This document shows, piece after piece, positions 21,199 to 31,257 of a stretch of DNA of 64,000 nt. Origin of the DNA: a virus (taxonomy: Duplodnaviria; Caudoviricetes); the IMG/VR virus record IMGVR_UViG_3300029288_005873, positions 320,001 through 384,000 of that record. One strand, 5' to 3'. Position numbers and translations under genes: made by a program. A model generated the notes under the pieces. The model did no database searches. It saw only the letters and a program-made list of their open reading frames with translations, and was not told the origin of the DNA. The first letter of the stretch is position 1; each line of letters starts with the position of its first letter.

Positions 21199-23334
21199 CT
21201 ATTCCGTCTCTCCCCCAAATTCCCTACCTGCCCCGCGTACTATTTTCCTAACCTCTTTCCTCAAACAGTCTTTACATATGATATGAACATCTATCGTCTC
21301 TGATTTTATCGGCTCGGCTATATATGTCTCAGCTTCAGTATTTTGAGCCCGCCCTCCAGTCTTTCTAGTTGGTTCGGCTCCACCTTCTGCTGCTTTTGGT
21401 ATTTCTAACTCAGGTTTCCTATAGAAAATCGGCATAGCACCAGTGCCAGCAAATGCTGAATTTGATCTATTATCCAATGCCGGTCGCAACGGTTCTGCCA
21501 TAAACTGCTCCATAGGTCTGGATGGATTTATTGGAGCTTCACCAGAAACTGTTCGACGCGCCATCCAAGCTGTCCTTCTTGCTTCTGCGCTGCCCGCTCC
21601 AATAAAACCTCGCCTATATGCCTGACCTTCTTCCTCTATTCGCGCAAAAGCACTTCCTGCAACACTACGAATAGCACGCCCAGCCATAGGAATGGATCTG
21701 GATGCCCTTGTTACATCAAGATGACTGAGTCTTTCACCAACAGATCTCGCCCCAAGGGCTTCACCTATACCAGCAAGTTTTGACCCAGCAGCACTCTCTA
21801 TATCCACAAGGCGACGCATGAATTCATTCATACGCCCAATGCCCATGGCTGTCTTTTCTGCGGCAGTTGTACTAGCATTTTGAGCCTTTTGTCCATCGGA
21901 CATCAGACTTTGCATATCCTTGGAAGCAGCAGCGCTTGTTATACCACCCTTCTCTACATTCTGTAGAACCTCTAAAACCCTAGATTGCTGAGCGCTACCT
22001 TGGACTCCTAGCATTTGACCGGCTAATTGCCTCTGTAACTGGAATTGCATCTCTAGTGCGGGACTATTTGCGGCTTCTTGTAAAGTTATAATTCGTCCAC
22101 CGCCAAGTCTAGATATCGCCTGTTGGACGCGCTCAAGATTCTTTTCCATTCCACCTTCCTGTCGCATCTCAAGCTCCATACGCAGGGCACCACCAAGAGC
22201 AGATGCGCCACGAGCCATACCTGACATCTGAGCCACAAAAGCTTGTGTATTTAAGCTCATACCAGCTATTCCACTGGACACTACACGAGTAAGCTCTCCA
22301 ACCTGTGACACTGGAACTCCAGTTAATGAAGTCTTAAATGTTGTCCATAGATTCTGAGCTTCGGAGATGTGCCTTCCAAAAATTGCCAAAGGAGCACTTG
22401 CTTGCTGAATCTGGCTGGATGCAATCTCAACTGATACTCCACCAACTGCTGCCGCATTCTTGAAATCAACAAGGGCTTTTGCGACTTCTGGAAGTCTAGC
22501 CTCCCCAAAATCTTTGAACGAGGTATTTAGAAGCTTTGCTGCCTCAGTAGCATCAATACCAGCTCCACGCGCAACCAGGAGATATTGTGCCAACTGAGTC
22601 ATATTTTGACCAGTTCCACGCGCTGCCGTCGTAACAGCATCCAAGGCACCTGGAACCATGCGGGTAGCTTCTACAAATCTCTTTTGTGTTTCACCGGAGA
22701 TGAAGAACTGCGCAGCCGTTTTCTGTATAGAATCAATGACGAGATTTCCCCGACCACTGACTTCATCCATGGACTTTCCTAGTCCTAAGTATCCAATATT
22801 AACAAGATCCTGAGCTTGAGCATGTTTACTAAATACTTCATTGAGCTTCAAAAGATCAGGACTCATTGCGCCTATGACATCTTTAGCCTCGGAAAATGGC
22901 TGTAGCAGAGCCTTGCCTGTATCTGAAGCAAGCATAAGTCCAGCTATTCCAGCTCCAACCAGACTTTGCTGTAGTTGAAGCATACTTTTATCAAGTCCTA
23001 AGCTAGAGACTGCGGTTTCGCTGAGACGTTCGCGCATATCTGCCACAGATCGTGAAACAGCCTGGGCTGCCTCTTTAGCCTTTATAAAAGCAAGTTGTGC
23101 CGCATCTAACGATGGGGTTAACTTAGCCATACTTTTGCTTATCCCATCAATTTCCTCTTGTAGTTCCTTGACCTGTTTGGAGTTGTCGCCATAGACCCTT
23201 TTTAGGGTCGTCATCTTATCGATAAGCGCTTCCTTCTCCCTCGACAATTTTGCATACGAAGCAGCAGCCTTGTCAGCAGCTTGCGAAGAAGCTTGTAACA
23301 GTTCAGGATCCACGGTGTTGGGATCATCAGCCAT
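21199..23334 (-). CDS. Tape measure protein (~711 aa)
   Basis: Ala/Gly/Gln-rich helical protein directly downstream of the frameshifted chaperone pair; start reassigned to ATG 23334 (MADDPN) after GGAG. Confidence 0.75.
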   Translation of the reverse strand: MADDPNTVDPELLQASSQAADKAAASYAKLSREKEALIDKMTTLKRVYGDNSKQVKELQEEIDGISKSMAKLTPSLDAAQLAFIKAKEAAQAVSRSVADMRERLSETAVSSLGLDKSMLQLQQSLVGAGIAGLMLASDTGKALLQPFSEAKDVIGAMSPDLLKLNEVFSKHAQAQDLVNIGYLGLGKSMDEVSGRGNLVIDSIQKTAAQFFISGETQKRFVEATRMVPGALDAVTTAARGTGQNMTQLAQYLLVARGAGIDATEAAKLLNTSFKDFGEARLPEVAKALVDFKNAAAVGGVSVEIASSQIQQASAPLAIFGRHISEAQNLWTTFKTSLTGVPVSQVGELTRVVSSGIAGMSLNTQAFVAQMSGMARGASALGGALRMELEMRQEGGMEKNLERVQQAISRLGGGRIITLQEAANSPALEMQFQLQRQLAGQMLGVQGSAQQSRVLEVLQNVEKGGITSAAASKDMQSLMSDGQKAQNASTTAAEKTAMGIGRMNEFMRRLVDIESAAGSKLAGIGEALGARSVGERLSHLDVTRASRSIPMAGRAIRSVAGSAFARIEEEGQAYRRGFIGAGSAEARRTAWMARRTVSGEAPINPSRPMEQFMAEPLRPALDNRSNSAFAGTGAMPIFYRKPELEIPKAAEGGAEPTRKTGGRAQNTEAETYIAEPIKSETIDVHIICKDCLRKEVRKIVRGAGREFGGETE

Positions 23335-23338
23335 TTTT

Positions 23339-23773
23339 TTAGTGCTCCATTGGAACAAACTTCACATCGTCCAACTCTGTCTCAAGATATGCGCTAGCAT
23401 CCAAATCTTCGCGCATCTTCCTGCGAACAACCTTTCCAGTATTCGGAAGAGCGAGTCCTTCCTTCTTTTCGGGCACGCTCAGTTTTCTTCCAAAAGTCTC
23501 CTCTATCTGTCGCGCAAAATCCTTATCACTTATCTTAAAGGTTTTTTCGCGCGCCTTGCGAACCTGGTCGACACCTTCTGGGTTCCAGAAACTGGCATTA
23601 TATTCAGCCATATCGCGCATAAGTTCAAACTGTTCTTTGTCGTCCGCCGCTAATTGCGCAGCATACCACAACCATTGTGTAACACTTATGCGCTCAAGAA
23701 GGGGGTCGTCGACAGGCAAATGGAGAGCTTTACATAGCTTCCAGCGCAGCCGAGCCCACGGCCCCTCTGCTAG
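23339..23773 (-). CDS. Tail assembly chaperone T segment, reached by -1 frameshift
   Basis: Frame is open from the slippery site: LAEGPWARLRWKLCKALHLPVDDPLLERISVTQWLW; no convincing independent start. Confidence 0.75.
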   Translation of the reverse strand, partial: LAEGPWARLRWKLCKALHLPVDDPLLERISVTQWLWYAAQLAADDKEQFELMRDMAEYNASFWNPEGVDQVRKAREKTFKISDKDFARQIEETFGRKLSVPEKKEGLALPNTGKVVRRKMREDLDASAYLETELDDVKFVPMEH

Positions 23774-24264
23774 TTTTTTACCTGCTCCGGTTCCACTCTC
23801 TGCTTACTGCGTTTGAGAAGTTCTTCGTAGAACATATAAAGCCTGTCAACCACGGATCCCTGCATTTTCCGCACAAGTGTAAGCTTTTTCTCGAGAATGT
23901 TAGCCTTTGGTTCCGCATCAGCTGGATAAAGATCCTCAAATGGGCGACCACAAAAAGTCTCCACCGACATGGCTACAACTAGACGGCGAAGTTCGACAAA
24001 CCCAGCTGCATCGGATGCTGTTGACGAAAAATTCCTAAATATGGTTTCCTGGGTGTCGTCGGCCAGAGTGGACATCCTAAAAGGTTTGCCATCCACTTCG
24101 ACAGTGGCTGTTACTTTTCCACATTCAATTAGCGACCGCAGGTCATCCGTAGAAATAGTTGGCTCTTCGACCGGCTCAACCTTAGCGATGGGCTCATTTG
24201 CCTGTGTGCCCTGTGGACGCCCAATATTACCAAATATAGGATGGGAAAACTCTACCATGTTCAT
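23770..24264 (-). CDS. Tail assembly chaperone G
   Basis: 164 aa, ends EQVKN-stop with A AAA AAC just before the stop; canonical position between tube and tape measure. Confidence 0.75.
   Translation of the reverse strand: MNMVEFSHPIFGNIGRPQGTQANEPIAKVEPVEEPTISTDDLRSLIECGKVTATVEVDGKPFRMSTLADDTQETIFRNFSSTASDAAGFVELRRLVVAMSVETFCGRPFEDLYPADAEPKANILEKKLTLVRKMQGSVVDRLYMFYEELLKRSKQRVEPEQVKN
23773..23779 (-). other. Programmed -1 ribosomal frameshift slippery heptamer A AAA AAC
   Basis: GTA AAA AAC TAG on the minus strand fits X XXY YYZ in the correct phase, and the -1 frame continues to 23339. Confidence 0.8.
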
Positions 24265-24638
24265 GCTCCTTCTTTTTCAGCCAGAATTTTGGCTGAATTG
24301 TAAATAATATGGTCATCAGTGGAAATAAAGATGTCTATTTCCTCAGTTAACCAGCAATACCTAAATGCCTCTAAAAGATGTCCGTCTTTAACTCGGCGCA
24401 CTTCAATTCTAAATGGCATGCGCTGCGTTTTCATCATAACGGGAGAGTTAAATATATCAAAAATTTTCTCAAGGTTTAGCACAAACTGGAAAGCTGATAC
24501 GAACTCTATATAGGATCTAATCTCCTGGATGGTACCAATTTGTTCTCCCTGATCCGACAACACAATAATATGCGTAGACGAATCAGTACGGAAAACGGTT
24601 TGAGCCGTCTCGGTCTGCGGATAAGAAAGTTCTGCCAT
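24261..24638 (-). CDS. Short divergent tail-tube paralogue (tube 3, 125 aa)
   Basis: YPQT, STHIIV, IGTIQEIR, QRMPFRIEV and CW align with the two full tube proteins; the central ~35 aa are missing. Confidence 0.6.
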   Translation of the reverse strand: MAELSYPQTETAQTVFRTDSSTHIIVLSDQGEQIGTIQEIRSYIEFVSAFQFVLNLEKIFDIFNSPVMMKTQRMPFRIEVRRVKDGHLLEAFRYCWLTEEIDIFISTDDHIIYNSAKILAEKEGA

Positions 24639-24736
24639 GGAATGCCCCTTTGACGTCTAAAAGGCTGATGCCAGCCGGGTTGTCGGCGGAGGAGGGAACC
24701 TTCCATTTTTCCGCCGTTGGGAAAGAAATGGGAAAA

Positions 24737-25510
24737 TCAAGATTGATTTCCCTGATTGTTTTTATGGAAACAATGTCCATAGATTCCAAAAGATTGATTA
24801 CAATTCTGACAAAGTACTCTAAAACCAATGGGATAATTGTTTTTTCTCAACCATGAATATAGCCTTATGCTACTTCCTCCAACTTCTTTGCGATGTTTTG
24901 TTCCTCCACCATCAATATGGTCAATACATAGAAATTCGAGATTCGTTTCATTACAACAAGCACCATAGTGTTCAATTACTTGGCATCGCAAACGTACACA
25001 ATATCTAGCTACACATTCTGTTTGTTTTGTTCTAGATTTCTTTTTGTTTTTATACTCATTAACAATTTCCTGAGCTTGATGTGGACAATATCCATAAGCA
25101 CCAAAAGATTGATTACAGTTGTAACAAAGAATCCTAAAACCCTCTGGATATCCTTCTCTGCGCAACTGAGCATAAAATGTACTGCTGTGTTTTCCTGTTT
25201 CTCTTCGCTGCCTTGTCCCTCCTCCGTTTATGTGATCCAAACACAATAATTCGAAAATAGATTCCCCACAACACTCACATTTGTTTCCATAGTGCGCAAA
25301 CACTTCTTTTTTAAGAAGTAAACGATAAGCAACAGCACGCTCAGCATCTTTTAATCTAAAACTAGGTCCTTCTTCACGCAATTTACGCATACGAGTGCGT
25401 GCTCTGGTATTTATTTCATCCCTATGCGCTTCATCGTATGCGTGTTTTCGTTTTAACACTTTATCACGATTTTCGCGATAATATCTCTGATAACGCGTAA
25501 GTTCTTCCAT
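24737..25510 (-). CDS. Free-standing HNH-type endonuclease with two tandem nuclease units
   Basis: Two copies of HYG..C...L.(L/I)DHI.GGG...R...GFR(I/V)LC.NCNQSFG.YG.C.H. Confidence 0.8.
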   Translation of the reverse strand: MEELTRYQRYYRENRDKVLKRKHAYDEAHRDEINTRARTRMRKLREEGPSFRLKDAERAVAYRLLLKKEVFAHYGNKCECCGESIFELLCLDHINGGGTRQRRETGKHSSTFYAQLRREGYPEGFRILCYNCNQSFGAYGYCPHQAQEIVNEYKNKKKSRTKQTECVARYCVRLRCQVIEHYGACCNETNLEFLCIDHIDGGGTKHRKEVGGSSIRLYSWLRKNNYPIGFRVLCQNCNQSFGIYGHCFHKNNQGNQS

Positions 25511-25517
25511 ATTTATT

Positions 25518-26120
25518 TTACGAACTGAATGCTGCAGAAATTAACCCAGGTGCATCAAGAACACCTCGACGATTTCCAAGGTCTGCCTCGCGCTCAATCT
25601 GTTCAATCTGAGGCTTCATGTCGCGCGACCCGCCCTGAGCCGCATTTGCACTCGACCCAAGCCTGCTGCTTATATCCTCAGCCCAAATTGTTGCCGACTC
25701 GGTGATGATGTAATTGTCGGCCTTGTATGGCGTCGAATAGTCCTGAAACCAGCAGTTCGTGTATGTATGTGTAACTGCCAGTTCTCCATCTCCGCCCATC
25801 TGGTCGATAACAAGAATGTCAAACGGAAGCCGTTGAGACTTGATATTCAAGAACCCACGCTCAAAAGCTTCGGGAAGGCGCAAACGATCAAAGACCACGC
25901 GCTGTACCGAAAGCTGTACTTCGGCGCATTTGGTCGGGACAATCTCAAGAACGCCGTCCAAACCTAGTTCTACAACCCTTGTCAGCTGGCGACTTTGCCG
26001 CACCTCGATCGACTGGAGTGCTCCAACCGTATCTGAACCGACCTTTACGACAATCTGCGTAGAAAGTCCAGTGCTAACGCTGCTCTGGAGTGTACTCCCA
26101 GTTTTCGGATAATCCGACAT
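25518..26120 (-). CDS. Tail tube protein 2
   Basis: 200 aa beta-rich protein, paralogous to 26932..27510 (RLPEAF.RGFLN...QR.PFDI...CWF..YSTPY.ADN); GGAGG SD. Confidence 0.8.
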   Translation of the reverse strand: MSDYPKTGSTLQSSVSTGLSTQIVVKVGSDTVGALQSIEVRQSRQLTRVVELGLDGVLEIVPTKCAEVQLSVQRVVFDRLRLPEAFERGFLNIKSQRLPFDILVIDQMGGDGELAVTHTYTNCWFQDYSTPYKADNYIITESATIWAEDISSRLGSSANAAQGGSRDMKPQIEQIEREADLGNRRGVLDAPGLISAAFSS

Positions 26121-26124
26121 TTGT

Positions 26125-26922
26125 TTACCTCCAACTACATGTGGTCATTTTGCCGCTTTCAATACGCGCCACATCAATGTATTTGCGCGCTATTTCAAAT
26201 TTTCTATCAAGTCTAATCGCTTCTGAAGAATCAGCATACAACCATTCGGCTATTTTTACTACTTGGAATTTTCCACCAAATGTAACCGTAAAAATCTTGT
26301 TTTTCCGACACACTGATGGTTCTTTTCCGCCAATTGGTATTAGAATGTTTCGCATCCAGGTCATCATACTTTCTGTTCCAAGAATAGCTAATTGTGGACG
26401 TGTGCGCAAAAAACTTCCATCACCATCAATATATCCCCTGATAAAATGTGCCGCAAACTCCACAGGCATCCTATCAGGTGGCTGTATTGTCAAACTTTTC
26501 TTTGGTCCTATTCCAAACATTTTCCAAAGGTCATAAGCCATATAGTCTGAAGTTAAAACTATGGAAGATTGTCTATCATATCTATAAATACGACCGTCAA
26601 ATTCCAATGCCTTAGAAAACTTTTCCAGATGTCCAATATCACTGTTTTTCAGTCCAAGCGAAATCTTCGGATGCTGGGTTGCTGAAATGTTCCCGTCGGC
26701 AGCAAGCATCCCAGCCCAATAGCAAGTTTCAACCGAAAACCGTGAAAAAAACGCATGGTTAAAGTGAAGCCTGCGCACCCTATCTGATAAATCCCGCATT
26801 TTGGTACCAATTTTGCGCAACCGTTTTAAAACTGTGGACTTTGGAATCCCCGTATTGGCTGATATTCTATAAGTAGAAAGACCACTAGAATACATATTTA
26901 CAATTTCAGAATCACTAATCAT
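26125..26922 (-). CDS. Free-standing LAGLIDADG homing endonuclease with N-terminal HTH
   Basis: YWAGMLAADGNI and HFIRGYIDGDGS motifs. Confidence 0.85.
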   Translation of the reverse strand: MISDSEIVNMYSSGLSTYRISANTGIPKSTVLKRLRKIGTKMRDLSDRVRRLHFNHAFFSRFSVETCYWAGMLAADGNISATQHPKISLGLKNSDIGHLEKFSKALEFDGRIYRYDRQSSIVLTSDYMAYDLWKMFGIGPKKSLTIQPPDRMPVEFAAHFIRGYIDGDGSFLRTRPQLAILGTESMMTWMRNILIPIGGKEPSVCRKNKIFTVTFGGKFQVVKIAEWLYADSSEAIRLDRKFEIARKYIDVARIESGKMTTCSWR

Positions 26923-26931
26923 TTCTTTTCT

Positions 26932-27510
26932 CTAAAACGATGGCTCGAATTTGCCAGGACGCCCATGGAAATCGGTAGCACGTTCGATGGTATCGTATTC
27001 ATACGAAATTCCACGCGTACCGCCGTTAGCCACATTACCATTTCCTTGGAGTGAGGTTATACGTTCACACACCAACTCTGCTGTTTCGGATACCAGGAAA
27101 TTATCGGCACGGTATGGCGTCGAGTATCTTTTGAACCAGCATCCCTTCAAAGTGTGGATAGATGCCAGCATGCCATCACCAGCGAACGTGTCAACAATCT
27201 GGATGTCGAAAGGTATCCTCTGTGCCTGGAGGTTCAAAAATCCCCTAGAAAAGGCTTCGGGAAGACGCATCTGATCAAATACTATCCTGGTCACATTTAC
27301 GCCGATCTTCGCAGCTCCCTTTGGATGGATTTCGACCACTCCATCTGTCCCGATCTCCTCCCACACATTCATGTCCCTGTTTTGATCTATCCTAAGTTCC
27401 TGTATTGCTCCAACAGGCGTGCCGCGGACTTTCACCGTAATGAGCGTAGAAAGCCCAGTTTGCGGCGTACTCGATATCAAGCTTCCAGTCTGTGGATATT
27501 CAGCGGACAA
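26932..27510 (-). CDS. Tail tube protein 1 (~192 aa, TTG start)
   Basis: AAGGAGG-6nt-TTG at 27510 gives MSAEYPQTGS, matching MSDYPKTGS of tube 2; first structural gene after the sheath. Confidence 0.8.
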   Translation of the reverse strand: MSAEYPQTGSLISSTPQTGLSTLITVKVRGTPVGAIQELRIDQNRDMNVWEEIGTDGVVEIHPKGAAKIGVNVTRIVFDQMRLPEAFSRGFLNLQAQRIPFDIQIVDTFAGDGMLASIHTLKGCWFKRYSTPYRADNFLVSETAELVCERITSLQGNGNVANGGTRGISYEYDTIERATDFHGRPGKFEPSF

Positions 27511-28669
27511 CTGGCGCCTCCTTGGCGCGTCGGATGGCAATCCAGAAACTGGATTTCGCAATCCCAAATCGTCTGGCGATGTCTTCAGCCTTTTCTCCAT
27601 TCTCGTATGCTGTCAACATCTCTTTATCACGTTTCATTAATTGCTGTCCAACCAGACTATCCGTCTTCTTTGTGCGTTTCTGAATACTAGTCTGCCTGAG
27701 ATAATATGACACATTTTCTTTTGTTGTGTTTAATTGTTTCGCGATTTCACTATACGACAACCCTTGAGCATAGAGATTGACCATATTATCTATGGTTATT
27801 TGTCGTTTATTAGCACATGTAATACGTTTAATTTTAAGAAGTTCTTGACATTCCAAAAATTTTTCTCGTTTGCGTTTTAAGCACAAAACATCTCCACCAT
27901 CGGAGTACATCCATTCGAAAACCTTGATGGCAGCATCTCCAGACAAATCTAATGTACGAACTTTAGAATTTTTTCGCCTTCCTATCATCCTTTGCCCAAG
28001 ACCACCTAACTCTTCACACATTGTATTCCAAATCCACTCAAGGAACTTTTCTGAACCAGAACAGAAATTGAGACGTACTGTTTTATTGTGTTTATGCCAT
28101 CCAACCGAACCATCACCATCAAAATAACCCCGAATAAAATGACGACGTAAATTTTTGGGCAAATCTGGTGGTTCGAGAATTAACGATTTGCGCGGCACAA
28201 TATGGAATAATCTAAATAAATCCTCCAAAATCTGTTCCGACAGCAAATTCACACCAGCATATTCATGTATTTTTCCATTTTTATACCTTGTGCGATACCA
28301 TAAACTTTCATCTCTACCTACAAATCTACAAAGTGATTTAATATGGTCAATATCAATGGCTGATAATTCTATACCTACACCATTGTGTCCAGAGAGAACA
28401 AAACCATCGGCTGCTAAAAATCCAGCCCAGTAACAATTGCCAGAAACTGGAATAGCAAAAACATCGGACTTAGCAACATGATGTCTCTGTGTGCGACGAA
28501 GACCCAACTTTTTAAGATGCGTCAATACAGTCCATTGTGAGATATTCATCCCATCTGCAATTCTTAAAACCTCAAGTCCAGAGTTGAACAGGCGCACCAA
28601 TTCTACATCATTAATATTATAACCGCGCCTGCCGGGGATCTTGCCATTTCTATATGCGTCTTTTTTCAT
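27500..28669 (-). CDS. Free-standing LAGLIDADG homing endonuclease with N- and C-terminal HTH domains
   Basis: YWAGFLAADGFV and HFIRGYFDGDGSV; GLSYSEIAKQL HTH. Confidence 0.85.
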   Translation of the reverse strand: MKKDAYRNGKIPGRRGYNINDVELVRLFNSGLEVLRIADGMNISQWTVLTHLKKLGLRRTQRHHVAKSDVFAIPVSGNCYWAGFLAADGFVLSGHNGVGIELSAIDIDHIKSLCRFVGRDESLWYRTRYKNGKIHEYAGVNLLSEQILEDLFRLFHIVPRKSLILEPPDLPKNLRRHFIRGYFDGDGSVGWHKHNKTVRLNFCSGSEKFLEWIWNTMCEELGGLGQRMIGRRKNSKVRTLDLSGDAAIKVFEWMYSDGGDVLCLKRKREKFLECQELLKIKRITCANKRQITIDNMVNLYAQGLSYSEIAKQLNTTKENVSYYLRQTSIQKRTKKTDSLVGQQLMKRDKEMLTAYENGEKAEDIARRFGIAKSSFWIAIRRAKEAPVVR

Positions 28670-28670
28670 T

Positions 28671-31199
28671 CTAGAACAAACCTACCGAAACATCTACGAA
28701 AATCCACGAGACGGGATAGTTAGGCTGTACTTCTACTCTGATGTTATATTGCCTAGGCTCAACCTCATCTCTAGACACGGACAGGTTCTGGTATGCTGTC
28801 AACAGGTTCTGGGAAACAAATGCATTCAACAGTCCAACTGCTGTAGCCGTCAAGGACGGTATTAATGTTGGATCCTCGGGCTGTCCGATGAATGCGCGGA
28901 ATCCTTGACGCATAACCCTGGCGACCTGATCGCGGATGAAAACTATAGAGATTTCTTCCTCTTCTGGTGCGCCGCTCTGTGTAGTAGTTTTTCCATGTAG
29001 TACCTTAGCTCCACCCGTTACTGGCTGTAGAACGGTAATTCCATGGTCACCAAGTCTATTAAGCTGGTCCTGTGTGAAAATCCTAGTATTTAGGATCGTG
29101 AAACCAACCAAGGTTTTGAAGGTAAGTGGTTCCGCAATATTCGCAGTACCTGATACGCGCCCACCTGCTGCGGCAGCAATATAGTATCCCGGAAGGGTTT
29201 CACTGCTACCATTTATAACTTTGACAATCTCATCGGGGTAAAAATATACCACGCGGAAAGTGTCACCGAAATTTACAGCAACATCGTAATTGGCAAGATC
29301 TTCGATGTTACTATCAAGCAGTTCTTCGGGATCATCCCCCTGTATTCCTTCAAGAATACCAACATCCTCAACAGCAGCCTCAGAGACCCCAGTAACATTA
29401 TCAACAGTAAGCCCATCAAGGGCTCCGGTGAACAAAACACGTTCACGTTTGTAGTATGTTGTTGACATCTGCTCAACATGAACGCGGAAAGCCTGTTGAA
29501 TAGCAGACACAGTCTGGGAAGGCAGTGGGACTAGAATCTGTACATCCTGCTTCTCCAGCTCAGCAAGAACCTCGCTCCAATTAGGATCGTAGAATTCGGC
29601 ATCCTCCTGGTCTATATAGGTGATGCGAAGCCCCTGACCAGCTGCAAGAGCAAGATCTGTAGTGAAAAGAACACGCTGAGATGTTCCACTAGCTGCAAGA
29701 AGCTGCCATCTAACACCAGTCTCGGCAGAAAAACTTCCAGATACCCTTACAATCCTGACAGTATTCGCATTGATAATGGCGGTGATCTCAAAACGTCCCT
29801 CATTCAGCGCACTGGCGTTTATGAAGTCAAGATACTTGCCAACATCAGCCGCCTCGAACTGAGCAGACGGACTGTAGAAGGTACCAGTGCTTAGCCCGTA
29901 AATAGATATGGAGCCATCAGTACCATCCTGTTCAATCTTATCGTCGCTAACTACTGTGTATGAGAACGGCATACCAGTCTGTCCAGGATCCATAAATTCC
30001 GACATCAGAAGCGTGTCAACTTGTGTATCCTCATAGACAGAATATGCAGCAGTGACCGTTGGATCATAGAAACTAATTTTGTTTGGAAAGATTTGGGTTT
30101 CATTTCCGTCGGTGCCAATGATAAAGAAGCGTACCTGCGACTCCGTGTCAGGTTTACCTGGCGGTGTGATGTAGAATATGAGATCATCAGCGGTAGCATT
30201 ACCAGAAGCTCCACCTGTACCAGTTGTAGCATCACGTGCTGGTAGAACGATCTCTGATGTGCGCCTAGGAAGAGGCGGCTTGGCCTGTACAGCCATAACG
30301 GATGCTGCACCATTCTCGAAAGCCATCTGAGCGCCAAGAGACAGTGTATTGGTAATAGAAGGCTGTCCATGTTTGTCATATAGCTTAGCAGGATCAGTGA
30401 AAGTCTCAGGGTCGTTTAGATCAAGCTCTCCAATATAGTGTGCCTCAAGACTGTCATTCTCCTGGAGAACCTTACTTGATACCTGAATTGTAAAACGGTC
30501 TCCAACATCTAGAACATTACCAGTAGGATTCCAGATGGCAAACTGTAGAACAGTATTACCAATAGCTACGCCATCACTTTTCCAAATGAAAGGTTGACCA
30601 TAACCATCGAGAAGTTGCCCGCTTACGGTACCAGATGCTATAAAGCTAGCTTGCTCGCGCCTAGGAGCACCATAGCTATCACGTAGAACGCTAACACATC
30701 TAATAGTCCAGGTCTCAGCTGGAGCATTAGCATCAAGCAGGGTAATACCATTAAGGTATCCGTCTCCAGTATTGGATGTTCCAGCCTTATAGTAAGCGCC
30801 ACCCTGGTCAACTAGTGCGGCACTCTGTAGTTCTATTTTTCCAGTAGTTGGATCGATCCTAGCGTCATATTCAGCCGAGAATCCATTAATGTCGATAGTA
30901 TCCTCAAGCAGACGGAGGGCTCCTCCATTTAGGTAAAGAGTCGTCCTGTTTGGGACGAGTGGATAAACTGCAGTTTTGAAGAACCTACCATATCCATCGG
31001 ATGGCGTGACGAAATCAGGATTGAAGCCATCCTGTCCGCCTCCCTTGGCAGAGTCGATAATGACTTCCTCACGTTCTCCCTCGCCAATAATAGAAAGTAC
31101 ACGCAATCCTCCAGGGATGGACACTGCGCGTCGCATAGTACGAACGCGAGAGAACACGTCGGGCTGATTATATCCGATTAATCCAGGGATATTGGGCAT
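28671..31199 (-). CDS. Contractile tail sheath protein (842 aa)
   Basis: N-terminal YNQPDVFSRV; C-terminal EEISIVFIRDQVARVMR...FIGQP...YQNLSVSRDEVEPRQYNIRVEVQPNYPVSWIFV; AGGAGG SD. Confidence 0.9.
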   Translation of the reverse strand: MPNIPGLIGYNQPDVFSRVRTMRRAVSIPGGLRVLSIIGEGEREEVIIDSAKGGGQDGFNPDFVTPSDGYGRFFKTAVYPLVPNRTTLYLNGGALRLLEDTIDINGFSAEYDARIDPTTGKIELQSAALVDQGGAYYKAGTSNTGDGYLNGITLLDANAPAETWTIRCVSVLRDSYGAPRREQASFIASGTVSGQLLDGYGQPFIWKSDGVAIGNTVLQFAIWNPTGNVLDVGDRFTIQVSSKVLQENDSLEAHYIGELDLNDPETFTDPAKLYDKHGQPSITNTLSLGAQMAFENGAASVMAVQAKPPLPRRTSEIVLPARDATTGTGGASGNATADDLIFYITPPGKPDTESQVRFFIIGTDGNETQIFPNKISFYDPTVTAAYSVYEDTQVDTLLMSEFMDPGQTGMPFSYTVVSDDKIEQDGTDGSISIYGLSTGTFYSPSAQFEAADVGKYLDFINASALNEGRFEITAIINANTVRIVRVSGSFSAETGVRWQLLAASGTSQRVLFTTDLALAAGQGLRITYIDQEDAEFYDPNWSEVLAELEKQDVQILVPLPSQTVSAIQQAFRVHVEQMSTTYYKRERVLFTGALDGLTVDNVTGVSEAAVEDVGILEGIQGDDPEELLDSNIEDLANYDVAVNFGDTFRVVYFYPDEIVKVINGSSETLPGYYIAAAAGGRVSGTANIAEPLTFKTLVGFTILNTRIFTQDQLNRLGDHGITVLQPVTGGAKVLHGKTTTQSGAPEEEEISIVFIRDQVARVMRQGFRAFIGQPEDPTLIPSLTATAVGLLNAFVSQNLLTAYQNLSVSRDEVEPRQYNIRVEVQPNYPVSWIFVDVSVGLF

Positions 31200-31257
31200 T
31201 TATAAATTCCTCCTGGCAATGATTGCCTTGCTTGCGCTCTGGTCTTCCCTATGTCAG

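Noticed and set aside
24737-28669. Group I introns or inteins splitting one tube gene
   Set aside because: Each tube paralogue is complete with its own start and stop, the nucleases abut them with no room for ribozyme cores, and no intein termini were seen.
5980-31199. Bacterial eCIS/tailocin or T6SS locus
   Set aside because: It is contiguous with capsid, scaffold, neck and frameshifted chaperone genes and shares their promoter motif, so this is a phage.
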